Part shown: one piece after another, positions 31,020-41,944 of the stretch
Layout of the letters: the number at the start of each line of letters is the position of its first letter
Numbering within the stretch: the stretch's first letter is position 1
Assembly: GCA_964387275.1 (NCBI GenBank)
Contig: CAYLVW010000001.1
Span: 355,508-419,507 of the forward strand
Direction of reading: 5' to 3'
Length of the DNA: 64,000 bases
Origin: an uncultured Candidatus Saccharibacteria bacterium
GTDB lineage: Bacteria > Patescibacteriota > WWE3 > UBA101185 > UBA10185
Made by a program: the position numbers and the translations under genes
Notes under the pieces: model-generated
Database searches by the model: none
What the model saw: only the letters and a program-made list of their open reading frames with translations
Told to the model about the DNA's origin: nothing

Positions 31020-31196
31020 ATGGCAAAGAAAAAAGGAAACCGATTCTTAATAGCTCTGGAATGCACCGAAACAGGTGATAGGCTTTATGTAACCCAAAAA
31101 AACAGGATCAACTCTCCCGAGAAGATGCAAATCAAAAAATTCAACAAAAAGCTAAGAAAGCACACAGTACATAAAGAAGTACAGCGATTAAAATAA
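31020..31196 (+). CDS. rpmG: 50S ribosomal protein L33 (zinc-free type)
   Basis: MAKK..R..I.LECTETG..YVT.KN...KKF...RKHT.HKE. Confidence 0.93.
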   Translation: MAKKKGNRFLIALECTETGDRLYVTQKNRINSPEKMQIKKFNKKLRKHTVHKEVQRLK

Positions 31197-31230
31197 TAAA
31201 TCCCGCTTAAGTAAACCATACCTACTTACA

Positions 31231-31259
31231 TTGACATAAACCATAACTGACGTTAGCAT
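31231..31259 (+). promoter_or_regulatory. Sigma70-type promoter giving a leaderless transcript
   Basis: TTGACA-17 nt-TAGCAT, then 6 nt to ATG 31266. Confidence 0.75.
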
Positions 31260-31265
31260 GGTGTA

Positions 31266-32006
31266 ATGTTTAATACCCTAATAGAAAAAATAAAGCTTAT
31301 TACAAATAGATTTAACCTTTTTAACAATTTTGTCTCAGTGTTTATTATCCTTCTTCTAACCTTTGTTTCCTTCAGTGCAGGAGTGATGTATGCAGATCTC
31401 ACTAGTGGAAACTTTCAAAAAGCAAATAATAATACCGCAGGCTCAGTTAAGCAGGTGGCAGGGCAGATTGAAAACTTGGTCAAACCCAACGAAAAAGATA
31501 ATGTCAGAGGAAACAAAAATGCAAAAATTGCACTTATTGAGTATTCAGATATTGACTGTCCATTCTGTAAGCAGTTCCACTCAACAGCCATAGAAATATT
31601 AAAACAGTATGAAGGGGAGGTTATGTGGGTGCATAGAGATTTTCCAATAGATTCACTACACCCTGAGGCTTCAAAAAAAGCTATCGCGGCTGCTTGTGTC
31701 AGCCAACTATCTGGTAACGACAGTTATTGGAAATTTATAGATATTCTCTACGAGCGAGCAGAAAAAGCCTCAGATCTTGAAAATATAGCAATAGAAATTG
31801 GGGTAGACAAAACAAAATTTAATGATTGCTATACAAACAGCAAAACTAAGTCTGATGTTCTACAAGACTATAATGATGGAATTAAAGCAGGTGTTCAGGG
31901 AACTCCTGGTAACTTTGTGATGAACGTAGAAACCGGAAAATCTTTAGAACTAAGAGGGGCGGTACCTGCCGAAGAAGTTGCTCAGGCAATTGAATCAGTC
32001 AAATAG
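31266..32006 (+). CDS. DsbA-family thioredoxin
   Basis: TM, EYSDIDCPFC, GVQGTP. Confidence 0.88.
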   Translation: MFNTLIEKIKLITNRFNLFNNFVSVFIILLLTFVSFSAGVMYADLTSGNFQKANNNTAGSVKQVAGQIENLVKPNEKDNVRGNKNAKIALIEYSDIDCPFCKQFHSTAIEILKQYEGEVMWVHRDFPIDSLHPEASKKAIAAACVSQLSGNDSYWKFIDILYERAEKASDLENIAIEIGVDKTKFNDCYTNSKTKSDVLQDYNDGIKAGVQGTPGNFVMNVETGKSLELRGAVPAEEVAQAIESVK

Positions 32007-32032
32007 ATGCCTTTTCTAGTGATCCTAGGATC

Positions 32033-33121
32033 CTAGTATACCTGATTCGAAAGTTTCTCCATAAGGGATGAGTAAAATCTCAAATTATGTGCCGTTGCCA
32101 AACTTATACAGCTTGTGTCTTTGATTCGAAATAAGTGGTTCAAATAAGCCCTGGAATGAGTAATACAAAGCTCACAATCGCAAAAAGCAGAAACTCTAGA
32201 AAAATCTTTAGAATACTTACCCTGTCCAATATTAAGATAACTACTAGACAAACCAAAATCATTAAAAGTATATAACCTTTTATGTCTGGCATCTCGTGTA
32301 GGTAATACACAATCAAACATATCGTACCCCATCTCAACACAATTTATGATATCTCCAGGTTTACCGACTCCCATAGCATATTTGGGCTTGTCACTGGGCA
32401 TAATACTGCAAACATAAGATACAATGTCTGTAAGAAAAGCCTTATTTTCATCCACAGGCCAACCCCCATAAGCGTACCCGTCAAACCCAACCTCAATCAG
32501 AGCATCAGCACATCTCTTTCTGAGCTCTTTAATGTCACCGCCTTGAACTATTGCAAAGAGCTTAGGTCGATTTTCAACTGGAGTATTAGCAAATAGTTTT
32601 TCGAAATGCACTTTACACCTCTTAGCCCATCGTACGGTTCGTTCTACAGAGATTTCTTGGGTAGCTAAATCTTCTTTTGGGTCAGTACAATCATCTAAAC
32701 ACATAATTATATCTGAGCCTATCTTTTTTTGAGTCTCAATGCAGGATTCTGGGGTCAGAACTGTAAGCTTAGGTTGCTCATTAGGATTTAAAGCCATATA
32801 AAATTCTGCCCCATCTTCAGTAATAAGACCATTTTTTGAATTGGCATGGATAAGAGACATAACCTGGAATCCCCCAGAGTCAGAAATTACAGGCAAGTTA
32901 TGACCCATAAAATTATGTATCCCCCCTACTTCAGCTAAAATATCCACCAACCCCTCATGCATTATGTGATAGGTATTAACAACAATCCCTGTAGTTTTTG
33001 TACGCAATAAATCATTTGTAGGTAAACCCTTAATAACAGCCTTTGTGGCATCAGGAAAAAAACATGGAAAATTAAGTGTTTTCCCTCTTAAGTTAATACT
33101 TTTTAGAACGCTTTTTGGCAT
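32033..33121 (-). CDS. tgt: tRNA-guanine transglycosylase
   Basis: NTYH, DSGGFQ, DMFDCVLPTR, CDCELC...HN zinc site. Confidence 0.93.
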   Translation of the reverse strand: MPKSVLKSINLRGKTLNFPCFFPDATKAVIKGLPTNDLLRTKTTGIVVNTYHIMHEGLVDILAEVGGIHNFMGHNLPVISDSGGFQVMSLIHANSKNGLITEDGAEFYMALNPNEQPKLTVLTPESCIETQKKIGSDIIMCLDDCTDPKEDLATQEISVERTVRWAKRCKVHFEKLFANTPVENRPKLFAIVQGGDIKELRKRCADALIEVGFDGYAYGGWPVDENKAFLTDIVSYVCSIMPSDKPKYAMGVGKPGDIINCVEMGYDMFDCVLPTRDARHKRLYTFNDFGLSSSYLNIGQGKYSKDFSRVSAFCDCELCITHSRAYLNHLFRIKDTSCISLATAHNLRFYSSLMEKLSNQVY

Positions 33122-33152
33122 GTTTTTATTGTATTTGTGCTAATATATACGA

Positions 33153-33830
33153 ATGAATCAGGGTAGATTATATCTTGTATCAGGCCCAATTGGAAATTTC
33201 AATGATATTACGCTAAGAGCAATAGATATTTTAAAATCCTCAGACATAATATTATCGGAAGATACAAGAGAAACATCAAAACTATTAAATAATTTAAATA
33301 TTAAAGCTGAGCAAATCTCATACAGAGACCAAAATCATGAACGGATAATAGACACTGTCTTAGGCTTATTAGAAGAAGGGAAGGTACTAAGTTTGGTCTC
33401 AGACTCAGGAACTCCCGTGATATCTGATCCAGGATTTAAACTTGTCAGAGAATTAAAGAATAAAAATATCAATGTTGTACCGGTTCCGGGACCTACAGCT
33501 GCAATGACAGCTATATCTGCCTCAGGACTTCCTACAGATAGGTTTGTTTTTCTGGGTTTTTTGCCTAAAACATCCGGAAGAAGACAAAATCTTTTAAAAA
33601 TATACGGTGATCTTGATAATACCTTGATTATTTATGAATCACCCTATAGAATAGTCAAACTTCTTGAGGAGATTTTAGAAACCCTCGGTGACAGAAAAGT
33701 CTGTTTAGCAAGAGAGCTTACTAAAATCCATGAGGAAATCGTTACTGATAAAGTAAGTATTTTGTTGGAGAAAACAAAAAACAGATCCCCTAAAGGTGAA
33801 TTTGTTGTAATGGTCTCAAAGGAAGACTAA
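33153..33830 (+). CDS. rsmI: 16S rRNA C1402 2'-O-methyltransferase
   Basis: PIGN..DITLRA, EDTR, SDSGTPVISDPG, YESPYR, RELTKIHEE. Confidence 0.95.
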   Translation: MNQGRLYLVSGPIGNFNDITLRAIDILKSSDIILSEDTRETSKLLNNLNIKAEQISYRDQNHERIIDTVLGLLEEGKVLSLVSDSGTPVISDPGFKLVRELKNKNINVVPVPGPTAAMTAISASGLPTDRFVFLGFLPKTSGRRQNLLKIYGDLDNTLIIYESPYRIVKLLEEILETLGDRKVCLARELTKIHEEIVTDKVSILLEKTKNRSPKGEFVVMVSKED

Positions 33831-33838
33831 TCTAACCA

Positions 33839-35887
33839 ATGGAACACAAAGTCCTAGAACAAGAAAAAAGCCATTTAAAATCAGTTCAACAGAAATTAAT
33901 CGAATCAAAAAACTTTATAGAGGATGGGATGAAAGCTTTAGGCGATAAGAATCTAGAAACTCTTAAAGATCTTAGGGAAAATAGAGAAACGAATGGAGCA
34001 GATTTATTCTTTTTTATAGAGCAATTAGATGAACAAAACAAGGCATTTAATATTAAAGATAAATATCAAAGGCTGGAAGAAATTAAATCACTTCTAAAAG
34101 AAACCTATTTTGCAAGACTAAATTTAAAAGACCCTGTTTCGAAAATTGAAGAAGCTTACTATATTGGTAAATTTGGCTTTACTGATGATAAACCAGAAGT
34201 TATAGATTGGAGAGCAAAAGTCGCCTCAGTTTATTATAGATATAGATATCCGCAAAACGGAGTAACCTACGACACTCCAGATGGCTTAGTTACAAAAGAC
34301 TTAACACTAAAACGAAGTTTTGAAATGGACAATGGTGATCTAATTAAATACTTTAACAATGATATACAGCTGGACGAATCTCAAATCTTAAACTCAAAAC
34401 TGGAAAAAAGAACAGGAGGTGTATTGGAAGATATTGTCGAAACTATTCAAGAGTCTCAGTTAAATATCATTGAAGCGGATCCAAGACAAATATCTATAGT
34501 ACAAGGTTGTGTGGGTAGTGGAAAAAGCACTGTAGCAATACATAAACTTTCACACATTTTTTTTAACTTCCCTGAATTGATTCATCCTGAACGTTCAATA
34601 CTTATTGCAAAAAACCAAATACTTGTAGGATATTTATCAACACTATTTCCAAAACTTGGAATATTTGATATCAACTATAAGACACTAAAGGATCTGTTGG
34701 TTAACATCGTTTTTGGGGAAGGCTTAAGGATAAAATACGACTTCTCACTAGGTACTGATATAACTAAATACAACATAAAAACGCATGAGCTTTTACACCA
34801 TAGGTTAAGGTCCATTGCCGAAAAGTATGATCTTGAAATGACTGAATTATTAGAAACAAAGGAATTTGAAAGTTTTGCAGGGTATGTATACAACTACAAC
34901 CAAACACCTTATCAAAACTATTCAGAATGTATCGCAGAACTCGAAGAAGAAATTGATATTCAACAATATAACTTAACAGAACATGCCGGCTCATCCAGGG
35001 AAATGCTTTGGAAAGACAATGTCAAAACCTTAAAAAAACTAATCAATAAACTCAAAAAAATCAGAACTACTATCAAAGAAACTACACTTCTGGAAATTAT
35101 CAAAGAACTTAAAATTAATCATCATTCAAAACTTGGTTACTACGAAACACTACTATATACATACGTTTATTCCGAGGTAGTGGGAATAGAAGCAATTAGA
35201 AAATTTGAGTACTGTGTGGTGGATGAGGGCCAAGATTTCGGGTTATTGGAGTTTGCTGTACTTAGTAAAGCTGTTATAAACGGTAGATTTTGCATTCTAG
35301 GTGATCTTAATCAATCCTACCAAAATGAAGGCCTAACGAAGTGGGAAGATATATCTCAAGTAATACGTGAAGCTAAGAATGCTCAAACATTTGAATTAGA
35401 TACTAATTATAGAAGCACAAAACAGATAATTGAATTTGCTAACACAATATTAAAACCTTATACGGAAAAATACTTACCTAAGTCCATTAATAGAGTAGGG
35501 CTCAAACCAATGTATGAAGTAGTAGAATCTAGCCTAGATGCAGTTGAAAAAACAAAAAATCTTCTTAAATCTGAACTAGCAAATTTAGATAAGAGTATAG
35601 GGATAATCTGTTACGATATAGACGCGTTTACTGAACTTGATAAGTTTCTAACTCATATGAATCTTCCAGAGGATCAGTATGTAAAATTAGACCCAAGCAA
35701 GAAAATATCATACCTACCTAAAGGGCTCTACTTAACAAAATTTGAAGATTGCAAGGGACTGGAATTTTCAAAAGTATATGTTTTAGGTAACAAACTATCA
35801 CTAATTAGTACTTACACTGAGGCTAAAAAGTATTTTGTAGCTTCAACCAGAGCTATGAATGAACTTGTAATTTTTGATGTTAAGTAG
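33839..35887 (+). CDS. HelD-like SF1 helicase-fold ATPase
   Basis: YFARL, YIGK, IDWRA, DIVETIQ..Q, GSGKS, VDEGQD, NYRST, KGLEF. Confidence 0.8.
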   Translation: MEHKVLEQEKSHLKSVQQKLIESKNFIEDGMKALGDKNLETLKDLRENRETNGADLFFFIEQLDEQNKAFNIKDKYQRLEEIKSLLKETYFARLNLKDPVSKIEEAYYIGKFGFTDDKPEVIDWRAKVASVYYRYRYPQNGVTYDTPDGLVTKDLTLKRSFEMDNGDLIKYFNNDIQLDESQILNSKLEKRTGGVLEDIVETIQESQLNIIEADPRQISIVQGCVGSGKSTVAIHKLSHIFFNFPELIHPERSILIAKNQILVGYLSTLFPKLGIFDINYKTLKDLLVNIVFGEGLRIKYDFSLGTDITKYNIKTHELLHHRLRSIAEKYDLEMTELLETKEFESFAGYVYNYNQTPYQNYSECIAELEEEIDIQQYNLTEHAGSSREMLWKDNVKTLKKLINKLKKIRTTIKETTLLEIIKELKINHHSKLGYYETLLYTYVYSEVVGIEAIRKFEYCVVDEGQDFGLLEFAVLSKAVINGRFCILGDLNQSYQNEGLTKWEDISQVIREAKNAQTFELDTNYRSTKQIIEFANTILKPYTEKYLPKSINRVGLKPMYEVVESSLDAVEKTKNLLKSELANLDKSIGIICYDIDAFTELDKFLTHMNLPEDQYVKLDPSKKISYLPKGLYLTKFEDCKGLEFSKVYVLGNKLSLISTYTEAKKYFVASTRAMNELVIFDVK

Positions 35888-35903
35888 GTAATATAGTATT
35901 AAC

Positions 35904-37430
35904 ATGTTTTTAAAAACTAGAATTTTTCTAAAAAACAACTACCTTTTATTGATCGTTATAGTAATTGCTTCCGTTTTAAGGTTTACTCATTTAGGCTATT
36001 CAGATTATCAAGGCGATGAAATAAAAGCCTTATTTATGCCAGGATCCGATGAGACAGCCACTGAGTTTCTTTTAGATCAAAGAAAAGGACCTGTACAGTT
36101 TTTGATCACAATGATTGTAAGCTTTATAAACCCAGGATACGATAATCAACTTCTTACTAGATTGCCTTTTGCTATTGCAAGTTTTTTAGCAGTTATTCTT
36201 TTTTATAAATTTGTAGAAATAATATTTGGCAAGAAAGTTGCTTTTTTTGCGTCTTTCTTTTTTGCAACTAATGGGTTTTTGGTAGCGTTCGCGAGAATAG
36301 TACAATATCAGTCTTTTATTCTATTCTTTGAATTCTTAGCACTTTATCTTCTATCATTAGCAGCATACAAACCAAATAATAAATATAACGTTGTATTTAT
36401 CTACCTAGGTCTATCAGCGTGGGCAATGTCTATACTTTCTCATTACAATGGTATTTTTATTGCACCATTTGCTTTTTATTTTTTGTATAAGTGGTTTAAA
36501 ACAGCTAGTTACAACTACAAGTTTAAGCTTTTTAATTTTATTCTTGCAGGATCTGTAAGTGCAGGATTACTACTTGCTTTCTATGTACCATTTGTTTTTT
36601 CTATCAAGGATGCAACTTTAGCGTATTGGAGTAATAGAGTTTCTGGGGGAGATGGTAAAGTATCTAGCTCTTATTACCTTTTTACTGTATATCAACCTAT
36701 TTATGTTATCCATATGTATGTGGGGCTATTTGTACTCGGACTACTTACCTTCATTAAACGTAACTTCTTCAGCCATATTGAAAAATTTCTTGTAATATTG
36801 TGGGGGTTACTTCCGCTTATTTTTTTGGAGCTTGTAATAAATCTACCAGGAACTCATATATTCAATTATCTGGTACCCGGAATGATAATGATGGGTTTTG
36901 GCGTTAATTTTATACATGAAGTGTTAGGTAGGGTTTTAAGGCAAAAAATTCTTTGTAACTTCGTCTTTTCAATCGGGGTATTTACTGTCTTTACATTTAT
37001 TGCACTTCAAAGCTATTTTATTTTTGTTGATCATAAAAGTGAATACCCATGGGAAAATGAAAAATTCTTTGTGTGGAACTTTAGTAAACCTAGCGCTTCC
37101 TATCACCTGAGTTTATTTGGATTTCCATATAGTAGAGAATGGGAAGAAGTCAGGAATTTTATAAAACTACAATCAGCCAGCTCTTTTTATACTACAAACG
37201 AAAGAGATAGTATAGTTAGATACTATGTTCCTCTGGTAAAAAGCGGTGAAAATATTGGTTACTACATTTACGTACTAAATCCTCAATCTTTTACTGATAA
37301 AATCTTAAATGAAAGGGCAAAAGCTTGGGTTGATGAAAATGAACCGGTTAATATAATAAAAAAAGAGGGCAAAGAACTAGTAAAAATTTATTACCTCCCA
37401 CCTAATTTTCAGCCGCTGAGTGCTAAATAA
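35904..37430 (+). CDS. GT-C glycosyltransferase (family 39/PMT_2-like)
   Basis: LRF..LG...QGDE, RLPFA, multi-TM. Confidence 0.75.
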   Translation: MFLKTRIFLKNNYLLLIVIVIASVLRFTHLGYSDYQGDEIKALFMPGSDETATEFLLDQRKGPVQFLITMIVSFINPGYDNQLLTRLPFAIASFLAVILFYKFVEIIFGKKVAFFASFFFATNGFLVAFARIVQYQSFILFFEFLALYLLSLAAYKPNNKYNVVFIYLGLSAWAMSILSHYNGIFIAPFAFYFLYKWFKTASYNYKFKLFNFILAGSVSAGLLLAFYVPFVFSIKDATLAYWSNRVSGGDGKVSSSYYLFTVYQPIYVIHMYVGLFVLGLLTFIKRNFFSHIEKFLVILWGLLPLIFLELVINLPGTHIFNYLVPGMIMMGFGVNFIHEVLGRVLRQKILCNFVFSIGVFTVFTFIALQSYFIFVDHKSEYPWENEKFFVWNFSKPSASYHLSLFGFPYSREWEEVRNFIKLQSASSFYTTNERDSIVRYYVPLVKSGENIGYYIYVLNPQSFTDKILNERAKAWVDENEPVNIIKKEGKELVKIYYLPPNFQPLSAK

Positions 37431-37945
37431 TGCCCATACAACTGCTTAAAGACTTGATAATAGGAGTGAGTGAATTTGGTAATCAGCCAATTTTTGTACT
37501 TTTTACTATACTTATAACCGCACTACTTTTACTGCATAATAAGCTAACAAAAGACTTCTTATTTTTAATGCTAAGCTCACTTAGCTACCCTTACTCATTA
37601 ATACTTAAAGAGATCTTCAAGATTGAAAATCCTGCAAGAGAAGGCATGGCAATGTATTTTGAGGGAGATAAGTACACCTTTCCCTCTTCACACGTTGTTT
37701 TCTACACAGTTTTTTTTGGATATATCTTTTTCTTAACATATTTACGCAACTCTAAATTATCTAAACAATCTAAAATAACGCTTCAAATACTATGCTTAGT
37801 GATGATTCTTTTTGTAGGAGCGTCTAGAATTTTACTTGGCTACCACTCAGTATTGGATGTAGCGGCAGGGTATGTTTTTGGAAGCTTGTACTTAGCTCTT
37901 ATTATTGTTCTGAGCAATTTAGAAAACGGAAATAAAATAGGGTAA
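37430..37945 (+). CDS. PAP2-family phosphatase
   Basis: FPSSH, SRILLGYH..DV. Confidence 0.8.
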   Translation: MPIQLLKDLIIGVSEFGNQPIFVLFTILITALLLLHNKLTKDFLFLMLSSLSYPYSLILKEIFKIENPAREGMAMYFEGDKYTFPSSHVVFYTVFFGYIFFLTYLRNSKLSKQSKITLQILCLVMILFVGASRILLGYHSVLDVAAGYVFGSLYLALIIVLSNLENGNKIG

Positions 37946-38293
37946 GAAAACGTATATAAATACCATCACTGCAACAAATGAATTTACAAGCACAAAAGCC
38001 GCAGACATATCTTTTATAACTTTTGCACCCTCATGGTGCTCTTTTATTAAGTGGTCAATAAATTCCTCAATCACGGTATTTAAAATCTCAGCACCTAGTA
38101 ACATTCCACAGGATATTACTACTAAAACCCAGCTTAAAGCATCTATATGAAAAAATAGAGCAAGCAAAAAGGATAAAATCATAAATACAGTCTGGAGTCT
38201 AAAGTTAGCCTCGTTAACAAAAACATGTTTAAGACCCGCAAAAGCATACTTGAAACTGTTTAAATGTCTTCTGGGATGATGAGACTTAAGCAT
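37919..38293 (-). CDS. dgkA: Diacylglycerol/undecaprenol kinase
   Basis: SFKYAFAGL, E.NFR, EILNTVIE...D, KDMSAA. Confidence 0.88.
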   Translation of the reverse strand: MLKSHHPRRHLNSFKYAFAGLKHVFVNEANFRLQTVFMILSFLLALFFHIDALSWVLVVISCGMLLGAEILNTVIEEFIDHLIKEHHEGAKVIKDMSAAFVLVNSFVAVMVFIYVFLPYFISVF

Positions 38294-38334
38294 ACTTACA
38301 TCATACTAGCACTTTGAGGTATAATCCATAAGAT

Positions 38335-39525
38335 ATGCTTGGAAGTTTCTGGATTTACATTAAAAAACATAAAAGAAACACTTTTATAATTGTTGGAGCA
38401 ATATTAGTTGGTATTTTCATAATATTTAGACCAAATGGTGCAGTAAATGTAAGAGAGTATAAGGTTTCAAGAATCGAAGTAATCAAAAACATTAATGCTT
38501 CAGGTGAAACTAAAGCAGACACCTCAAATGTCGTAAAAAGCCCTGTTTCGGCTAAAATTAAAAAGATAAATTATCACAGTGGCTCTCAAGTAAGTAAGGA
38601 TGATATAGTTTTGGAATTTGATGAACTCAGCTTAAATGCATCCTATACCTCTTCCTGGCAAGCCTATTTAGCAGCTAAAGCCACGGCAGACACATATGAT
38701 CAACAAATCAAAGCTGCAGAGGCCTCTGTCAGTGATAAGAGATATGCTAGAGATGCAGCTCAAAGAGATTACAATGAAGATGACAGTTTTGATAACAAAC
38801 AAGCACTAAAAACTTCAGAATCAGCTTATCAAAGTGCGGTATCCTCGCTAAATACTATAAAAGAAAAACAAGAATCTACTAAACAAAGTGTTGCTTCTAC
38901 TTATTCAACATTCCTATTGGCTAGTGATAACTACAAAAATTCAAAACTAAAAGCTCCAAATACAGGATTTCTAGCACTCGAAAACTTAAAGATAGGCGAT
39001 AGTATACTGGTGGGTCAAGAACTTTACTCAATTACAAATAGCGCTGATTTACAATTTGTAGCGGAGGTTGATGAGGCCGACATACAAAGTATAGTTTTAA
39101 GCCAACCAGTAAGAGTAGAACTAGAAGGTTATGCTGAAAAAGAGTTTGAAGGCTTTGTATCTACAATTGATGCAAAAACTTCTATCACATCAAGCGGAGG
39201 AAATATTGTGGAAACTTACATAGAGGTAAATTTTGAAAACATAAAGCCTATCATTGGGCTTACCGGTACAGCTAAAATTCAAGTAGGTAAAGAAACAGAA
39301 CAAATTGCTGTACCTTTTGACGCTGTTACGTTTGAGGGAGATAATAATGATTTTGTGTATGTAATTAAAAATGGCAAAGCTCTCAAAACTAAAGTTGAAG
39401 TAGGATTTGAGGGAGATGAGTACTATGCAATCAAATCAGGATTAAATGAAGGAGACCTTGTAGTAACAGGTGTAGATATTACAACTATTAAAGATGGACA
39501 ACAAATTTCCCTTATTAAAGATTGA
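38335..39525 (+). CDS. MacA-like membrane fusion protein
   Basis: TM, lipoyl-like halves around a coiled coil, VDEADI, GLNEGD. Confidence 0.85.
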   Translation: MLGSFWIYIKKHKRNTFIIVGAILVGIFIIFRPNGAVNVREYKVSRIEVIKNINASGETKADTSNVVKSPVSAKIKKINYHSGSQVSKDDIVLEFDELSLNASYTSSWQAYLAAKATADTYDQQIKAAEASVSDKRYARDAAQRDYNEDDSFDNKQALKTSESAYQSAVSSLNTIKEKQESTKQSVASTYSTFLLASDNYKNSKLKAPNTGFLALENLKIGDSILVGQELYSITNSADLQFVAEVDEADIQSIVLSQPVRVELEGYAEKEFEGFVSTIDAKTSITSSGGNIVETYIEVNFENIKPIIGLTGTAKIQVGKETEQIAVPFDAVTFEGDNNDFVYVIKNGKALKTKVEVGFEGDEYYAIKSGLNEGDLVVTGVDITTIKDGQQISLIKD

Positions 39526-40186
39526 CGGTGTCTCAAAAGAGTATTTTTTAGGCGACACGCTTGTCAAAGCTGTCGACGAAGTAAGCCTTGAAATAAATCA
39601 GGGAGAATTTATAAGTATATTAGGTAAATCTGGTTCAGGGAAATCGACTCTTATGCATATTATAGGTCTTTTGGATAGACCAACAAAAGGCACCCTCCAT
39701 TTAGATGGTAAAAAAGTAAACGAACTTTCAGATGACGAATTAGCAAAAGTTAGAAGTGAGAAAATAGGATTTATCTTCCAAGCATTTAATTTATTGGCAA
39801 GAACTTCAGCTCTAGATAATGTATTACTGCCAACTGTTTACAATATAGCTGCAAAGGTAGGTGCTGAAGAAAGAGCAAGAAATATTTTAAAAAGAGTTGG
39901 ATTGGAACAGCGCACAAAAAATATGCCAAACCAACTATCCGGTGGGCAACAACAAAGAGTCGCAATTGCAAGATCACTGATAAATAACCCTTCTATAATC
40001 CTTGCAGATGAGCCTACAGGAAACTTAGATTCTAAATCTACTGAAGAGATTCTTAAACTTCTGGAAGAACTGCATGAGGAGGGTAAAACTATAATAATTG
40101 TTACTCATGATGAAGATATTACAAAAATTACGGATAGAGTAATTAAAATCAACGATGGGAAAATCGTGGAGGATATAAAAAAATGA
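39494..40186 (+). CDS. ABC transporter ATP-binding protein (MacB/LolD type)
   Basis: GKSGSGKS, LSGGQQQR, ADEPTGNLD, VTH. Confidence 0.93.
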   Translation: MDNKFPLLKIDGVSKEYFLGDTLVKAVDEVSLEINQGEFISILGKSGSGKSTLMHIIGLLDRPTKGTLHLDGKKVNELSDDELAKVRSEKIGFIFQAFNLLARTSALDNVLLPTVYNIAAKVGAEERARNILKRVGLEQRTKNMPNQLSGGQQQRVAIARSLINNPSIILADEPTGNLDSKSTEEILKLLEELHEEGKTIIIVTHDEDITKITDRVIKINDGKIVEDIKK

Positions 40187-41364
40187 ATGAGTTTTTAAAA
40201 CTTGCTATTAAGTCACTAAAACTAAATAAAATCAGAACATTTCTTACAATGCTTGGGATTATTATTGGTGTTGCTGCCGTTATTATACTAACTTCTATAG
40301 TAGGCGGTCTTCAAAAAACCATTACTACGCAATTTGAAAGTTTCGGCTCAAATACGCTTTTCCTGTTTCCGGGCAAAACAGGTGGCTCCAGAGGTCCTGG
40401 GGGGAGTATTGTAAATAAATTAACTTTTGACATGGGAAATAAAGTAGCTAATGTCGAAGGGGTTACTGACGTATCAGTTTTAGTTTTTACTACAGGAACT
40501 GCAAAATATAAAAATAAAGAAAGTGACAACGTCACAACATATGGCGTTGACAGTAAATTCTTCACAATAAATAAGCTGGAAACGGTAAAGGGCAGACAGA
40601 TCAACAATTCAGACATATCTGGAGTTAAATTAAATGTAGTAATAGGAGAGGATGTGAGAAAGAATCTTTTTGAGAACATAGACCCAATAGGAAAAGAAAT
40701 TACAGTTAAGGGTATTAAATACACCGTTGTGGGAATACTTGAAAAAAGAGGTGCTGTGTTTGGTCAAAGCCAAGATAATACTGTGTACGTGCCAGTCAGC
40801 GTTGCAAGAACAAGATATCAAATAGATAGACCCAATTTCTTCTATATAAGGCTTCAGAACCTAGACAATGTTGATGCAGTAAAAAAGAATATAAACAATG
40901 TAATAAAACAATACATCACTGAGGATGATTTTTCGGTAGTAAGCCAAGAACAAAGCTTAGATTTTATTAAGTCTATTCTTGGAGTACTTGCAACTGCACT
41001 AGGAGGTATCGCCGCAATATCCTTGATTGTAGGAGGAGTTGGAATAATGAATATAATGTTTGTATCAGTCACAGAACGAACAAAAGAAATTGGACTTAGA
41101 AAAGCAATAGGAGCAAGTTCAACAAATGTCCTAACCCAGTTTCTACTTGAAGCAATAATACTGTCTGTTTTGGGTGGCTTGTTTGGTGTAGTTATAGGTA
41201 TAGGATTTTCTTATGTGATAGGGTTTTTTATAGATACAGCTCTTAATCCTTTCTATATAACCTTATCTTTTTTGGTTTCTGCAATAATCGGCATTATCTT
41301 CGGAGTTGCTCCTGCGATTAAGGCTAGTAAACTTGATCCAATTGTAGCCCTTAGATATGAATAA
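40183..41364 (+). CDS. ABC transporter permease (MacB/FtsX type)
   Basis: RTFLTMLGIIIG, GIMNIM, ERTKEIGLRKAIGA, DPIVALRYE. Confidence 0.93.
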   Translation: MNEFLKLAIKSLKLNKIRTFLTMLGIIIGVAAVIILTSIVGGLQKTITTQFESFGSNTLFLFPGKTGGSRGPGGSIVNKLTFDMGNKVANVEGVTDVSVLVFTTGTAKYKNKESDNVTTYGVDSKFFTINKLETVKGRQINNSDISGVKLNVVIGEDVRKNLFENIDPIGKEITVKGIKYTVVGILEKRGAVFGQSQDNTVYVPVSVARTRYQIDRPNFFYIRLQNLDNVDAVKKNINNVIKQYITEDDFSVVSQEQSLDFIKSILGVLATALGGIAAISLIVGGVGIMNIMFVSVTERTKEIGLRKAIGASSTNVLTQFLLEAIILSVLGGLFGVVIGIGFSYVIGFFIDTALNPFYITLSFLVSAIIGIIFGVAPAIKASKLDPIVALRYE

Positions 41365-41465
41365 AGGCTTAATAACTTTTCTTTGCAAAGAAAAATGTGA
41401 GCGTGGGTCAATTCAAAAAAACACTCTATACAGTAATAAAAACACAGATTGTTAAGCTTATAGTA

Positions 41466-41888
41466 CTAATTTAAAACAACGCTTATCTCAGAATCTTTTG
41501 TAATATTGGTTTGCCTAAAGTCATTAGTAACATCTAATCCATTGAGTAAAATGAGCCAAGATTTACCTTTTGGCGCTGAAACAGAGTTAACTTCTTCTAA
41601 AACAATATGATCTACATAAGAGGTAAATTCAAAAGAGACCAAACCATCCTCTCTTAACTCATCAAGAGCATCATAAATACTGTCACTATTTAGTAATTTT
41701 ACAGAAGCGACATCTTTACCCTGTACCGTAACTTTTGCGGTAACTTCGTAAGTTTTTTCTACCTTCTTGTCCTCATCTACCTCACCTACATCCACTTTAT
41801 CTACCTTTAAGACGCTATTTATACTAAGTATAGCTAGTCCTAAACATATCAAATATATAAAAAAAGCTATTTTATTTATTCTTGGCAT
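41466..41888 (-). CDS. Membrane-anchored hypothetical protein (DUF4430-like)
   Basis: N-terminal TM; SIYDAL...VNSV....W.ILLNG. Confidence 0.5.
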   Translation of the reverse strand: MPRINKIAFFIYLICLGLAILSINSVLKVDKVDVGEVDEDKKVEKTYEVTAKVTVQGKDVASVKLLNSDSIYDALDELREDGLVSFEFTSYVDHIVLEEVNSVSAPKGKSWLILLNGLDVTNDFRQTNITKDSEISVVLN

Positions 41889-41944
41889 AGTTACTAGATT
41901 TTAACATTTCGATAAGATTGAGTATAATAAGCCAGAAACACTGT

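Noticed and set aside
37919-37945. 27-bp convergent overlap of the PAP2 gene and dgkA
   Set aside because: Short 3' overlaps are common in compact genomes; no further signal.
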